A stretch of DNA of 63,645 nt, the filler included, from Asterionella formosa (lineage: Eukaryota): assembly GCA_002256025.1 (NCBI GenBank). It is 20 parts of 20 records of this genome, joined end to end, with 100 filler letters (N's around TTAATTAATTAA, not from the genome) between each part and the next. Parts side by side here need not be neighbours in the genome. Positions count along the whole stretch, not along the records: positions 1 to 27,051 come from NKIB01001609.1; 19 more parts are not named here. The stretch is one strand, 5' to 3'. The notes under the pieces are model-generated. The model ran no database searches. It was not told where the DNA came from and saw only the letters and a list, made by a program, of their open reading frames with translations. The translations under genes and the position numbers were made by a program. Each line of letters starts with the position of its first letter. The first letter of the stretch is position 1. Of the stretch, positions 1 to 12,556 are shown piece by piece.

Positions 1-2787
1 AGTTTTCCACTACCTGTTGAGTTTTTTCAATTTTTTGTGTGTCAATTCTTGTACTGTACCTACAAGTCAGTGGCTGATTTAATTAAGCCCCTTAATAAAT
101 AGGAGTCATTACCAATTTTTTAAATGGACGAAATCATAAAATTATGTATATAGACATATTGACCAAAATTCATATGGCCTACCGGTAGTACTGTATACTT
201 GCTGGGAATTACTTCTATCATGGAAATACCACAATAATGCAGCGGAAAACTGAATATGCTCATGTGTCTAGGATCATTTGATCATATTTTTAAGATCAAT
301 TAATCCTGATTCTTGAAAATAAATTTTGATCTTTCATTTTTTCATCAACGACACCGTTCATCATATGATCAATATGTTACAATCAAATGTATAGGATAAA
401 CAAATCAAAATTTATTGATTAATTTTCATAGTTTATACTGGAGTAGTTGCTCATGCATGCGACCCCTCCCCCCCTGTATACAGTACGGAAGTGATAACCC
501 CCAAGCTACCAAATTTTTATGTCTTGTAAGAATTATCGCAGCATGCATGCATACATACATGACTCCTACTGGTATATACAATGCGGAAATGATGACCACC
601 AGACTACCGATCCTATAGTTCCTGTAGAATTATCGCAACATGGCTGCATATCCATGGACCCGTATAGTATGAAATATGGAAATGATCAAATATAGCTAGT
701 CTACACAAGGAGCAGTGCATCATATATGCCCTGCTGTTGTTATTTTTATTCCTATGAAATCTCTTGATCTGTTCTGAGCTTTTTCGCCACCACAATTGTT
801 TTAATTGGCTGTTTCACTGGACAGCATTCGAATTGATTGTGCTTCAAACGAAGCAATGATCAAAGTCCACCCCATTGCAGACTGGTGAGTCTCACAACTA
901 AGTATCAGCCAATCGATTAAAATTGGACTGTCTTTTGTGCACCCTTGTTGTGTTTGTACTTGATTTGGCAACTGTCAGCCAAGAGCAGCCATGGTATGCC
1001 ACCATTTATTGTCTATACGAGCTTCGAATGCGTTCAGCTATGATAAATTTTGCTCCCCCCTCCTGAACACTATCTCACCAGTTTATCCTTTGGCTTGTTC
1101 ACAGCCCCAGGTTACTCAATGCCTTCATCTGCAAGGAGTTCAGCCAATCAGGCCCACGTTGGCGTCAAGAAAACCTCAACCCCGATTTTCCTCACACGCT
1201 CCGACCATTGACTTCTTCATTGATGAAGTCGAGGTAGCTATATTGACGTCAGGTGGGCCACGCTTGTGTATAGATTGAGATGCTGAAAGCATTGCTTCCT
1301 TTTCCCGTAGGTACCTATTTGTCAACATTGTTTGTTTGGGTCAATCTCTTCTTGTTCCCGCAAGAACAGAAGCAATTATCCCTTAACTTCTCCTCCCCAA
1401 AACCTTGATTTCTTTTTCATAATTGTCCTGAGGATTGCAGAGCATTTTTAGTTCCCTTTTGATTTTTCCACTGGTTTTGATCCCTTTTGCATTCAAGTCA
1501 AGAAACAAGCAACTCATTGAGATTTCTGGAGGTTTTGGCCAGTGGCACCATTAAGCAAGTAACAATCAACAGATCATGGCGGCTGTTCTCCATTTTCTGT
1601 AGCAAGTGAAATTCAAGGAGGGTCTGGGATGATAATTGGGGAGAAAAATTTATAGGATTCTCTGTGTTTGTCCCCGCTCGTTTGGCAGCCATTCTACCAT
1701 TGCTTCCTCTCAATCAATACTAGCTAGTATAGCTAATGAAAACCGAAATTAGATGAAATGTGACTTCTGGTTTCTAATATTTTATATTGTTGCACTACTG
1801 AAACTTGAATCCATAAATGGGCATTCAACTTGTGCTTCTTGCATTTTTGCAGTATAGACTGGCTGGTGTTCGATAGTGGGCAAAAGTTTCTCGCTTTTCT
1901 TGAACATCTACAAAGTACTAGTGTTTTTGTCGAAGTTTGTGTCTAACTCCAACTGCTGCCATCCATTGAAACATTCCAGATATATCAAAGAATACGCTCC
2001 TGTCTTCAAAGGTAAGGAACTAGTACGATGACAAAGGAAATCTGATGAGTAATGAAAATTACGAAACCAGAATCACTCTGTTACTATAAATAGACAGCCT
2101 CATGCTTCTGTGTTCATATCGCCTGCTATGCTGCGTTTCAATTCTAGATGTATTACGTTCTTGTTAGAGAGACGATTTTACGGAGAAGTATATTGTGCCG
2201 TTCTATAGTAATGGATGTTGTTTAGCTATGATTGAGGTTGTAACACTGATTGATGCTCTGGTGACATTCCGACCGGAAATTTTCGTCTTGTGTGATGAGC
2301 CATTTCGTTTTCATTGGATTTCTTTTCAAGCTCTTAACGGATTGCATAGTACGAACATACTGTGCAATGTAGATGATGATTCATCGAAGACATATGATGA
2401 CTTGAACGACAAATGAAGATTTTATCACAAACACTCGTTCCTCTCGACATAGCTGCTTTGTTGTTGTTGAAAGAATCAGAGTGAGGACTGGCCAGGATGA
2501 TGAGCCAAACCACATTACTCTAACTGCTGGTACATTATCCTACCAAGAAATTTAAATAAGGAACCTAAAAGAAACAATACATATAATAATATAATTTCCA
2601 TAGTCAAAAGGGTTACTATTTAAATTACGCGGGCATTTATCAAATTATTAGATGATATAACGAAAAATTAGGATCAGATGATCATAATCCTATGATGCCT
2701 TGTAGGAATATCATTGTTTTTTTGCAGACGCTATTTATACAGTATTACAGGTATTTATGTGGTACCTGAAGTCTAATCTTAAAAATA

Positions 2788-2938
2788 CTCTTCATCTAAT
2801 GGATGTGGCTGGTTGTTGGATGATTCGACTTCTGGTGACACTTGCTTCATCACGGTGACACCAAATTTTCGTTTTTTTCGTCAGATATGATCAGCCATTA
2901 AATTTTAATTACAATTCTTTGGTATGTTCTCTACGTGT
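2788..2938 (+). repeat. Dispersed repeat; a diverged inverted copy lies at 6555-6699
   Basis: ctcttcatc...gttgttggatgattcg...ttttcgtcagatatgatcagcc...aaatttt...tgttctctacgtgt aligns by eye with the reverse complement of 6555-6699. Confidence 0.8.
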
Positions 2939-3706
2939 CCTTCACTATCTCAAATCTGATCTCGGTCGCAAGTTTTAGTGCTCACTTGTCGGCTTTTTCC
3001 GATGCTCTAAAATAGCATTGTTTCTGTAGGTTATCTATCACAATTATTTTTATAACTTCATTATCGTAGATCAACAATGACAACGCGAACCCGAAGCCAC
3101 TTCTGGTATTGTACCTTAAAAGTGACATCAGCTTCTTGAGATGAGACACAACACCCAAGGGGACAACATGAATCATCAAACTGCGCCTGTTGTCTTGATT
3201 GATTCATTATGATATGTTCTGTTGATTGTTGTTTGGTCGCTTCCATGTGAATCATGGTCATACCAATACTGTATTTCATTGTTGTCCACATTGAAAACCT
3301 CGACAACGGCATAATTTTCTCACATTCCAATTATCTACGGAGCCAGCATCACATTCAATCCTTCCGGCCGTAGCTGTAATATTTCTAATGAATCAATTGA
3401 TTCCCAAGCTATGGTACGTTCTGTCGATTGTTGCGTTTGTTTGCTTCCATTCGCCCTCTCTGAAACTCATGACCATCTTCAATTTGCTCCTGTACATTGT
3501 TAAACAAAAAGTGCACTATCGGATTTGCTCGTCCAGTCAAAGCAGCTACTGAATGATTTCCAAACCAGCAGTTGAATCATTATCATCGAAATCACTCACG
3601 TCAGCAACAACTTGCAATGCAATGTACTATACTCCAATGCCACACCACACCCAACGCAATTGACGACGAGGCAGGATGATTGTCATATCAGCTTTCCTAG
3701 TAGCTG

Positions 3707-4138
3707 ATGTTAAGAAAACCGCTGGGAAGATGGACAACACTGCCGACCCAAGACTGGTCAACAGACATCCAGCTAGAAGGGAAAAAACTATGGGTTTTGG
3801 ATAATCACACAAAACAGTGGAAAGTGTACACAAATAAGTCGCAAGGGCTGCATACTACCGGTATGCAATTTGATCAAACAGAGAGGGGCAACAGGGGGTT
3901 CAACTTACCAAAGAATAGTTTACCATTTGATATAAATGACAATGGGAGTGTTGCCTATCGCACAATTGATTTTAATCCATGGATGCAAGAAATACAAAGA
4001 TCAGGAATACATACATGGAGTAATGCAATTCGAAAATTTCCACTAAAAGAACAAAGATTGGTTCAGGCTGCCTCTTGTCATGAGCCCAGCATCAGAAACA
4101 AGGTTACAACGTCATCTACAGCTAGGACTAAAAATTAA
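3707..4138 (+). mobile_element. Possible decayed non-LTR (LINE-like) retrotransposon fragment
   Basis: LRKPLGRW...W..Y...F...LP...P.DI pattern resembles the post-RT region of diatom LINEs; flanking frames are full of stops; no RT motif seen. Confidence 0.3.
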
Positions 4139-4879
4139 GGTGGCTACAGATGAGTCCATGGAATCGGACTCCAGATGCTCCTTTGAGTGGACACTATCTA
4201 GAATTCACCTCGTTTTTGTTCGTCTCCTGAAAAGTGGACTCCGGCAATTCACCTTTCACCATGCCAATCGTCGTCCACCATGAACGGTTTGAAGCGAAAT
4301 CAGTTCAGTGATGACGCCAGTAGCAATTCATCGTCTAACGGATGCGGTTGGTTGTTGGATTGCTTATATTCTCGAGGGATTCATGTAGTCATATCATCCA
4401 TATTTCGTCGGACAAATGATGATATCAATACATCTGATGTTGGTGGCAAGTTTTTGCTCCGGTCATGCATCTGATGATGCTGTCTAAACGGATACTCTAC
4501 CGTTAGTCGTCTAACCTACATATGTATGTGGTACTCGAAACAACCATGCATGGTTTAATGCTTACTTTGAACACGTTATAATATTATGGCTGTAGACTTG
4601 GTATTATTTTTACAAGACCAGAATGTCAAATTATATTGTTCACATATTCATTGATTTTATGTACTGTATGCCCAAGAATTTCGTCATCACAATTATAATT
4701 CTCACTCTATCCTGCCTGCCATTGCTCTATTCGGGCTTGTAACAGGCAATGCTTGTCTTTCTTTGATCCCATAGTCTGCTGCTTGTTATGCTAGTTGAAG
4801 CGGATTGGTGAGTATGTCGAATTTCCGATTTGATTGCTTCTGTCGTTGTTAGTCGTTCTGCACTGTCATTTTGATTCGA

Positions 4880-5144
4880 TTGTATCTATCTACTTAAGAA
4901 CCAATGTATTTATCAATAACTGCTCTTTGAAGAAGTGGTATTGTGCCATTGTTGATCATATTTGTTGATTTGTATAGTCGTTGACAATGATGTCAATATT
5001 GCCGCCAAGCGCTTTGCTGCATTTCTACTACGAGTTCGTATCAGAAGCTACGTATATATTGCCCCTCAATAAAAATTACTTAAGCAATCACTTAGAGCCT
5101 AAAATTTACTTAAAAGCACCCGAATGGCAAGACGATTGCTGGAG
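4880..5144 (+). repeat. Left arm of a long inverted repeat flanking the glyoxalase gene
   Basis: 4880-5050 matches the reverse complement of 7861-8047; 5056-5144 matches the reverse complement of 7276-7350. Confidence 0.8.
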
Positions 5145-5420
5145 CGGGAATTGCCGGTAAAATGTCAGTGTGGTCGTATAATGTCAGACCGCTACCACAC
5201 GTCCGCTGTGTACTAAGTGTACTAATGATCATTGTGACTCATCAACAAGCGAGTTGCCATCAATAATGGCCTCCAGCTGCCTTCTCTTGCTGGCATGATG
5301 TACAAAGGATCTTCACTCTCGTGCTTAGCTTCAGTGCAATTCCATTTATCCAAGAAGCACAAGCTTCGCACAGCTGAGCAATAACTTCATGAACCTACAG
5401 AAACGTCGCATCTGCAGACA

Positions 5421-6266
5421 ATGATTCTGAAACTTGTGCTTTACTACTGCTGCTGCTACTGCTTCACGTCAGGCGCAGCCTTCCAATATCATGGCTACAC
5501 CATCCAAGCGAGGGCATTATCCATGCAGATGACAGAAAATCCCCTTACTGAAACATCCCGACTGTCACATGTTATGTTGCGCGTCCCTTCTGTTGACAAG
5601 ACAGTTGAGTATTGGACTAGAAAAGGCGGATCCGTTTTAATCTCTAGCAAAAAGGAGGACGATGGACCGCTCACAAGTGCATTTGTTGCACTTGGCAGTA
5701 GCGGAGCAACAACAGAGAAATGTTTTGGGCTTGAACTTATATCAACAACAAGCCCACTCAGACTTGGCAACATATTTCAATACATTGGAGTTAGTATGCT
5801 GCTTCAGTTTCAACACAATCTACTTGGGGCTGCAACTGGGGAAAAGCCACAGTCGGAAGGGAAGGAACCTAATGGGATTCTAGTATCATCAGCAGCTTCA
5901 GCACCTGGTGACTTCTTCTCTCGAATTTCACTTAAATCAATCGACTTGGAATCAACCAATCAATTTTATTCTAACCTTTTGGGAATGGAAGTGGTGGCTG
6001 CCGATGAACTTATGTTATGCTTGAGGTACAAGAAACAACCTTACGGTGTTCCAATTACGCTCATATTTGAAGCTACAGAAGATGAATTAGAGATGGGCAA
6101 CTGTTTTGATCACTTGGTGATTGGAACAACTGTCAATATTGAAGATCAGTATGAAAGAATACGAAGTGTTGGGACAATTTTTATGAAACCTACCAATATG
6201 TTTGGCAAAAAGATTTTTGGTATTCGGGATCCTAATGGGTACAAGGTGATCCTGGCTAGTGACTAA
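5421..6266 (+). CDS. Glyoxalase/VOC-family protein (GLX1/GLOD4-like), probably plastid-targeted
   Basis: SHVMLRV..V.K...YW, FY..LLGM, FDHL.I and RDPNGYKV motifs; hydrophobic N-terminus ending GAA-FQ (ASAFAP-like). Confidence 0.85.
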   Translation: MILKLVLYYCCCYCFTSGAAFQYHGYTIQARALSMQMTENPLTETSRLSHVMLRVPSVDKTVEYWTRKGGSVLISSKKEDDGPLTSAFVALGSSGATTEKCFGLELISTTSPLRLGNIFQYIGVSMLLQFQHNLLGAATGEKPQSEGKEPNGILVSSAASAPGDFFSRISLKSIDLESTNQFYSNLLGMEVVAADELMLCLRYKKQPYGVPITLIFEATEDELEMGNCFDHLVIGTTVNIEDQYERIRSVGTIFMKPTNMFGKKIFGIRDPNGYKVILASD

Positions 6267-6554
6267 CAGTATGTACAACCCATGTTTTGTGGAGTTTTAG
6301 CTTTGTAAGATATATCAAAGTCTTCAACATGGTAACACTAATACATACACATGATGCCATATAATGAATGGAAGAAGCTATCTATACATAGTACAGGTGT
6401 TGGTTAGGTACCACCTAAAAACTGAGAGTCGACATTTCGAAAATTTTGAACTGAGAGTTAATATTAAATCAAGTAATTTCATGTTTTGGACTAAATATGC
6501 ATGATACGAACATTATTATTCAGGCAATGTTGTAGCAATTTATATACCAACCCC

Positions 6555-6699
6555 ACACATAGAAAACATTACAGAGAATTTTACTTAAAATTTGAGGGCT
6601 GATCATATTTGACGAAAATACCAAAATTTTGGCGCCACCATGACACAGCAAGTATCACCCGAATCATCCAACAACAAGCAATATCAATTTGATGAAGAG
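6555..6699 (-). repeat. Inverted copy of the 2788-2938 repeat
   Basis: Manual reverse-complement alignment. Confidence 0.8.
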
Positions 6700-7275
6700 A
6701 CGGTGTTCGAATCATCAATCAGTTTGAAATTCTTGATGATTAGAGCATTGTGAATTGGAATTAACATCGACACTTTACAGAAAACCATCATTTCATGCCT
6801 TCACGTGGTTCATCCTAGTCTCTTCCAATTTCAGTAGTCAATTTTCTTTAGATGCGGCCGTCAATTGAGAGGCTATAGATATCAGTAATCATATCCCCAT
6901 AAATAAACCGCAGTCGATTTCGGCAATATAATCTAGGGGCTATTGAAAATATTGAAGGTAGTTTGGCAGTAAAAACGGAGTATATGAAATATTCAAAATA
7001 TTTGTTTTAGATGAAGGGCAATTGTTAAGCCCGTATGCAACATACAAACTATAGATAAAAAGGTTTTCTCTATTTTTTGAAAGGAAAATGAAGAGGCGAA
7101 AAGTGCACCGATAGCTAGGTTTAATTGCCCTGTTAAGACCCTACTTAGGAGGAGAGTGCCTACTCGTAATCTCTGTTCTCGACTTGGGAGGCTGCGGCCC
7201 TTGCACCAGGAAGACCCTTCTGCAACGCCAGGCACAAGAATACTTGCAGGCAGCCTCCACCCTTGGTCGTCGTAC

Positions 7276-8047
7276 TTTCAGCTATCATCTTGCCACTTTG
7301 GTAATTCAAAGTAACTTAGTAATTTCTTAAGTAATTTTTAAGGGCAATATTGGGCACATCGAACTTTTTGGCATAAAATTTTTTTGCCGATTTTATCATC
7401 TTATAGAAATGGTAAACAAGCGTCAAACACACAAGAATGATTGTAATATAAGATATTCATGAAAATTGAACCTGATATATGGAGAAACCAAAGTTTGATT
7501 TAAGCAATAGACTTATTAGTAGAATCAACAAATGAGAAATAGAAAAAATTCTTTTGGGTTAGAAATGAAGAAATACATATGAGTTTCAGCAGAGATGCAT
7601 GCATTGTGTAGTACTTACACAGACAACATTGACTTTGTTCCATCACACAATGGAAGAGCGAAAAGTTGAACCCAATTGAGATCTGCATTTTTATGTATTG
7701 ACTGTAGATAATCTGGTTGCTGCAACCATGCACATAGTTGTAGCCTAACACAAGTAGCAGTCCTTCCTCCCACCAAACAACCCTGACCATTCCATTCCAT
7801 TCTGAGCGAGCGTAATCGCCAGGCTGATCCACTATCGACTCCCTTTAGCTGAATATTGATGTATAGCTTGTGATACGAACTCTCAGTAGAAATGTGGCAT
7901 AGCGCACTTGTACAAGAAAAGAATTGCTTGGCGGCAATATTGACATCAGGGTCAACAACTATACAAATCAACAAATAACATCAACAACAATACATCTTCA
8001 AAGAGTAGGCATTGATACATACATCAGCCCTTGTATAGATAGATACA
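7276..8047 (-). repeat. Right arm of the inverted repeat, interrupted by a 500-bp insert (7352-7851)
   Basis: Two segments match the contiguous left arm; AATATT occurs on both sides of the insert (7346-7351 and 7852-7857). Confidence 0.75.
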
Positions 8048-8770
8048 ACTACGGAAGCGATCAAAACAGACAATTTAGCTACGATTTTGCGATTACTTTA
8101 TACTCCCCACCCCCCTGTTCTGGTATAGTTGCAACCTACCTTTAGGTCACTGCCTCACATGAAGTGCAACATCCTATTTAAAGATTATTCCGGACATATG
8201 GTGTAAATAATATATGTTTTAAGGGATTCAGAATGAGGTGAACCTGACTTCCGGTTTTTTGGCGCGTTTTTCGTAGAGTCGCACCCCAATCAGAATCAGA
8301 CTACCTGGACCGTAATCCCAGGTATTTGTTGCTCTACATGCAAAGACGGAGTACCAAAAAATTCGAAAATTGACTCCTTCGACTAAATTGAACAGCGTCA
8401 CTTTGATGCGAACTCCAATTGACAGCATCGGTGTCAACTTTTGGGTCGCTTTGTCGGCATATTCTCACGGTCTGTCGGATTCTGCACATGGCAAGCGAAA
8501 ATTTCAGTGGACTGTCGACCACGAAAGACTTGGTACGAGGTACCTGGTACCTGGTACAGGGTACAACTACATACATACCGGTACTAAGGAGAATCATGAA
8601 TGTACCGGTAGACTGTAGCGAATTTACGAAAAGACATGTATCATAGAATCCACTGTAAAACGAAGAATAAACATCAAAGAAAGTGCAGAAGGCAATCTTG
8701 TTGAGATTCTCACATAGAACGCATTCACCGAGAGTCACATTACTCTGAACCACCACTAACCACAGCAACC

Positions 8771-11022
8771 ATGGCAACTCTCCAGCTTCGCAAACCTGCC
8801 TTGTGCCTCGCAACACGAAGCGCAACATCGCTCCGATGGAAAACTGCTGCCTCTACTAGGGCTTTCTCAAGTCATGTTCAAAGGCTCCAGGCGGATGGTG
8901 TTCTTGACGACAGGGGCCTTGTCAACTTCGATACCCTGCATGAACTTCATGTTAATTCGTGTAAGACGTATGCGCATTCCCATCTCTTTGGGACATTTAG
9001 CAAGGAAACGAAGGTCTTTGAATGGGAGACTTATTCGAGATTTGCCGAGCAAGTGACAAGGACAAGGGCCGTTCTAAGAGATCTTGGTGAGTGAGCGAAG
9101 CATAAGAAGAATTTCATCGTATGGTGTGCATTACTGTTGTCACATCGCATTTCGCTTCTTGCGAGCCTTGTTGAATAGCAATGCCTGATACATCCAATAC
9201 CTTGCTCATCTGACACCAATCGTACCACAGGTGTGCGCGAATACTCCAAGATTGGAATTATTTCCAACAATCGATGGGAGTGGGCAGCGATTGCTTCAGC
9301 TGCTTACGGCATGAATGCAACCATTGTGCCCATGTACGAAGCCCAGCTAGCTGCGGATTGGACGTACATCTTGAATGACTCTGGCGTAACTACTTTATTT
9401 TGTGCAACAGAAGAAATCTTTGCCAAACTGCACAAGGAGGTCCTTCCTTCGACTCCTTTGGTGCATGCGACGCTCTGCTTGGATGCAGAACTAGGCCAAG
9501 ATCATGCTTTTTCGACTGCTTTGGACAGGGCCTTCACTTCGTCGTCGCCTGTCATCGCGCCTACGATTGATGATTTAGCTGACCTGATTTACACCTCGGG
9601 AACAACCGGGAAACCAAAAGGCGTTGAACTTACCCACAACAACATTTGTACCAATGTCAAGTCGGCAGTCCGCACGATGGTTACGGATCCCAGTGTATTT
9701 ATGAGTCACAAAGATCGCTCGCTGGCGTTTTTACCATGGGCCCATAGCTACGGACAAACGTGTGAACTATGGGCAGGTATGTCGCAAGGGACCAGCATGG
9801 CCATTTGCCGTGGTGTTCCATCTATTTTAGAGGACTTGCAACTTGTGAAGCCAAGTATTTTATTTGCTGTCCCAACACTATACAAACGTATTTATGACGG
9901 TGTCCACAATTTGATGGAAGCGGCTCCTCCAACTCGTAAGAAATTGATGAAAAAGGCCCTGGAGTTGGGGAGACAAAAGGCTGATGCCGATCACGGCATT
10001 CGGTCTTCGCTGGGTTTATTGGAGTCCCTGCAGTTCAAAGTATTGGACGCGATTGTGTTGTCCAAGATTAGAGATCGCTTTGGCGGAAATATGAAACACG
10101 GCTTTGTCGCCGGTGCAGCCTGTCCTGCTGAAGTCTTGGACTTTATGGATGATTTAGGAATTCCCATTTGTGAAGGTTATGGGTTGACCGAAACATCCCC
10201 TATTATTGCCATTAACACCCCAGAAAATCGTCGTGTTGGAACAGTAGGACGTGCGATTGGCGGAGTTACTCTTCACATAATCGGCGAAGATGGACAGCCT
10301 GTACAGGACGGTGCGGAGGGAGAAATTTGTTGTGTTGGGCCCAATATTATGAGATCTTATCACAATAATCAAGCAGCGACGGACGAAGTCATTTCACTAC
10401 CTCCCGATGGAAAAGGAAGAATGTGAGTGTATCGTCATTGTGTTTATGTCCTTTCCTTCTTACGACAGTAATTTCTAACATGGATGGTTGTAAAATTAGG
10501 TTCCATACTGGAGATCTTGGACGCGTCGACGGGGATGGCTTTGTTCGAGTAACTGGACGACTGAAAGAGCAGTACAAGCTTGAAAATGGAAAATACGTTG
10601 TTCCAACTCCTATTGAAGAGGCCATTGGCATGAGCCGATTTATTTCCCAGAATGTACTGTGTGGGGCCAACCGCCCACACAATGTTTTACTCATCGTTCC
10701 TGACTTTTCGGCAATTCGCAATGAGCTCAAAATTGACCAGAGCATCACCGAGGAAGAGTTAGCGGCCGACGTACGCGTCAAGGAATTAATCGACAAAGAG
10801 ATTTCAGCCCACAGCTTAAAGCTCAAGAAATTTGAAATCCCCAGAAAGTGGGCCTTTGTCGCTCCCTTTACTGCCGCCAACAATATGCTTACTCCTAAGA
10901 TGAGTATTCGGCGACACAAGGTAATTGATACCTATGACAGCTTGATTTCTTGCCTCTTTAACGAGGACGAATGCGTGACAGAAGCAGCCGATGGCGGGCA
11001 TCATTTAAAGGTTGCTGCTTAG
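8771..11022 (+). CDS. Long-chain acyl-CoA synthetase (AMP-binding), 3 exons: 8771-9086, 9231-10422, 10500-11022; mitochondrial-type presequence
   Basis: IYTSGTTGKPKG, FLPWAH, EGYGLTETSP, FHTGDLG and GRLKEQYKLENGKYV motifs; GT-AG introns 9087-9230 and 10423-10499 join the frames exactly; R/S/A-rich N-terminus. Confidence 0.95.
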
Positions 11023-11644
11023 ACTATTTTATAACAAAAGAACAATGCAATTAGTGATTGGGATCTATTCTGTGTAAACTAAAAGTGTTTGGCAGACTGT
11101 CTTATTTAATATTCTTTCTAGCAATGATAGTTTTCTGCAGCCGCAAGGTGGCAAACAATCCTTGAACGGTTGACTGTTGCAAGTCCCCCCCCCCAAAGAT
11201 TTTGCGCAGTGATCCTCTTAACGTTAATTTGAATTCCTCGTCATTGAGGCCCAAACCAACAGTGCAATACTCAAGGTGATCCTAAGCGTGCTCACTACTT
11301 CCGCGCGATTTCACCTCTTTATTTTTGAATTTGGCTACTGAAGGATTTACCAGATCAAAAATCTCGGAACTCGGTCGATGCCAGACTGCCTTCTAAGAAG
11401 TGTCTAGTTGTGGTGCTTACGAAAGAGGGAAATAAAAATTGAGGCTATGGAAATGAAAATTTCGCTCCTTTAACAAATCTTCCATTCTAATGACCATCAG
11501 GAAAGGGTCTGAGCAAGGTGAGAATTAACATTTTATTTCTTTGTGTTCACCATATTGATTTGGCATTGATATACATTGCTGACAAGACCATGCTATTCAT
11601 TTTTACGATACAGAAAGGAGATCAGGAGGGGGTAAGTGGCATGC

Positions 11645-12277
11645 ATGATGGCCTCGGAACCCAGCTCCTCTGGTGATGCCGACGACGAAAACATTTCCTT
11701 TCCTCTAGCATTCAGCCGATCAACATCATCGTCTTCGCTGTTACCGAATTCTTTTCCTGAAGATATTGAAATCGAGCTGCCGCTTGAGCCCCTTGCTGAA
11801 GCAGAGTTAACTCTGGCTATAGGTCAGACACTAGCATTCGAAACATCGAATCTTTTGAACACAGGTGATGGATTGAGACAGGCTATTAATGGTAGTTTCC
11901 ACCAGAATAGAAATGCACTGCCTTTCGACGGGTTCTCGCGAGCTTCCGAAACAATACTGGCACCAGTCAATAAACTGGACAAAAGGATTGAAAATAAAAA
12001 AGGGGGGTCCAAACCTGGAGAGCCTCGAGGAAAGTATAATTGCGGTAGATGCGGCCGTTCGAAACGTGATGCCAAGTTGGGAAAGTTTTCCATACCTCAC
12101 AATTGCCCCTTTGTTGCGAGAGTAACCTTAAATCCAGTATGTCCACCACACTTCTGTGATGCTTCTACAAACACAAAGAATTCCCACTTTAAGAATGGGT
12201 ATGCGCACTCGGAAAGCCCCAGCGCTAGCAATAGTGAATCGGAGGGAATACAACCACGCTGTAATAAGTCACGATAG
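11645..12277 (+). CDS. Uncharacterised protein with an RGKYNCxxCG...PHNCP zinc-knuckle-like motif (paralog A)
   Basis: Open ORF; motif shared with the next gene; acidic/Ser-rich N-terminus; start codon uncertain. Confidence 0.65.
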   Translation: MMASEPSSSGDADDENISFPLAFSRSTSSSSLLPNSFPEDIEIELPLEPLAEAELTLAIGQTLAFETSNLLNTGDGLRQAINGSFHQNRNALPFDGFSRASETILAPVNKLDKRIENKKGGSKPGEPRGKYNCGRCGRSKRDAKLGKFSIPHNCPFVARVTLNPVCPPHFCDASTNTKNSHFKNGYAHSESPSASNSESEGIQPRCNKSR

Positions 12278-12556
12278 CAATCGTAACATGAGCAAGAAAC
12301 ACAACTCCAATAGCAAAGCTGCCAATCTTGAATTTGTGATAGGCCTCTTAGAATTTTTTGTCCTCACAAATTTAAGGCTTAGGATTCATCCAAAAGCAAG
12401 CTCACAATTCGTGGAATGATTCAACACAAAGGAAATGAACAGTGGCAATTAACAAATAAGTATCAATTGGAATCAAATTAGTACCTTGGCAACATAATCA
12501 TACCGGTATGTTCTGTTTCCAGAAAAGTCGTCTCGTCTTGCATATTTTTAGAGCAC

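Noticed and set aside
613..3420. Decayed minus-strand coding remnants, possibly a transposase with a Cys-rich end
   Set aside because: Many stops and no diagnostic motif I can support
8258..8266. E2F-like TTTGGCGCG site
   Set aside because: Single short match upstream of a non-cell-cycle gene; expected by chance
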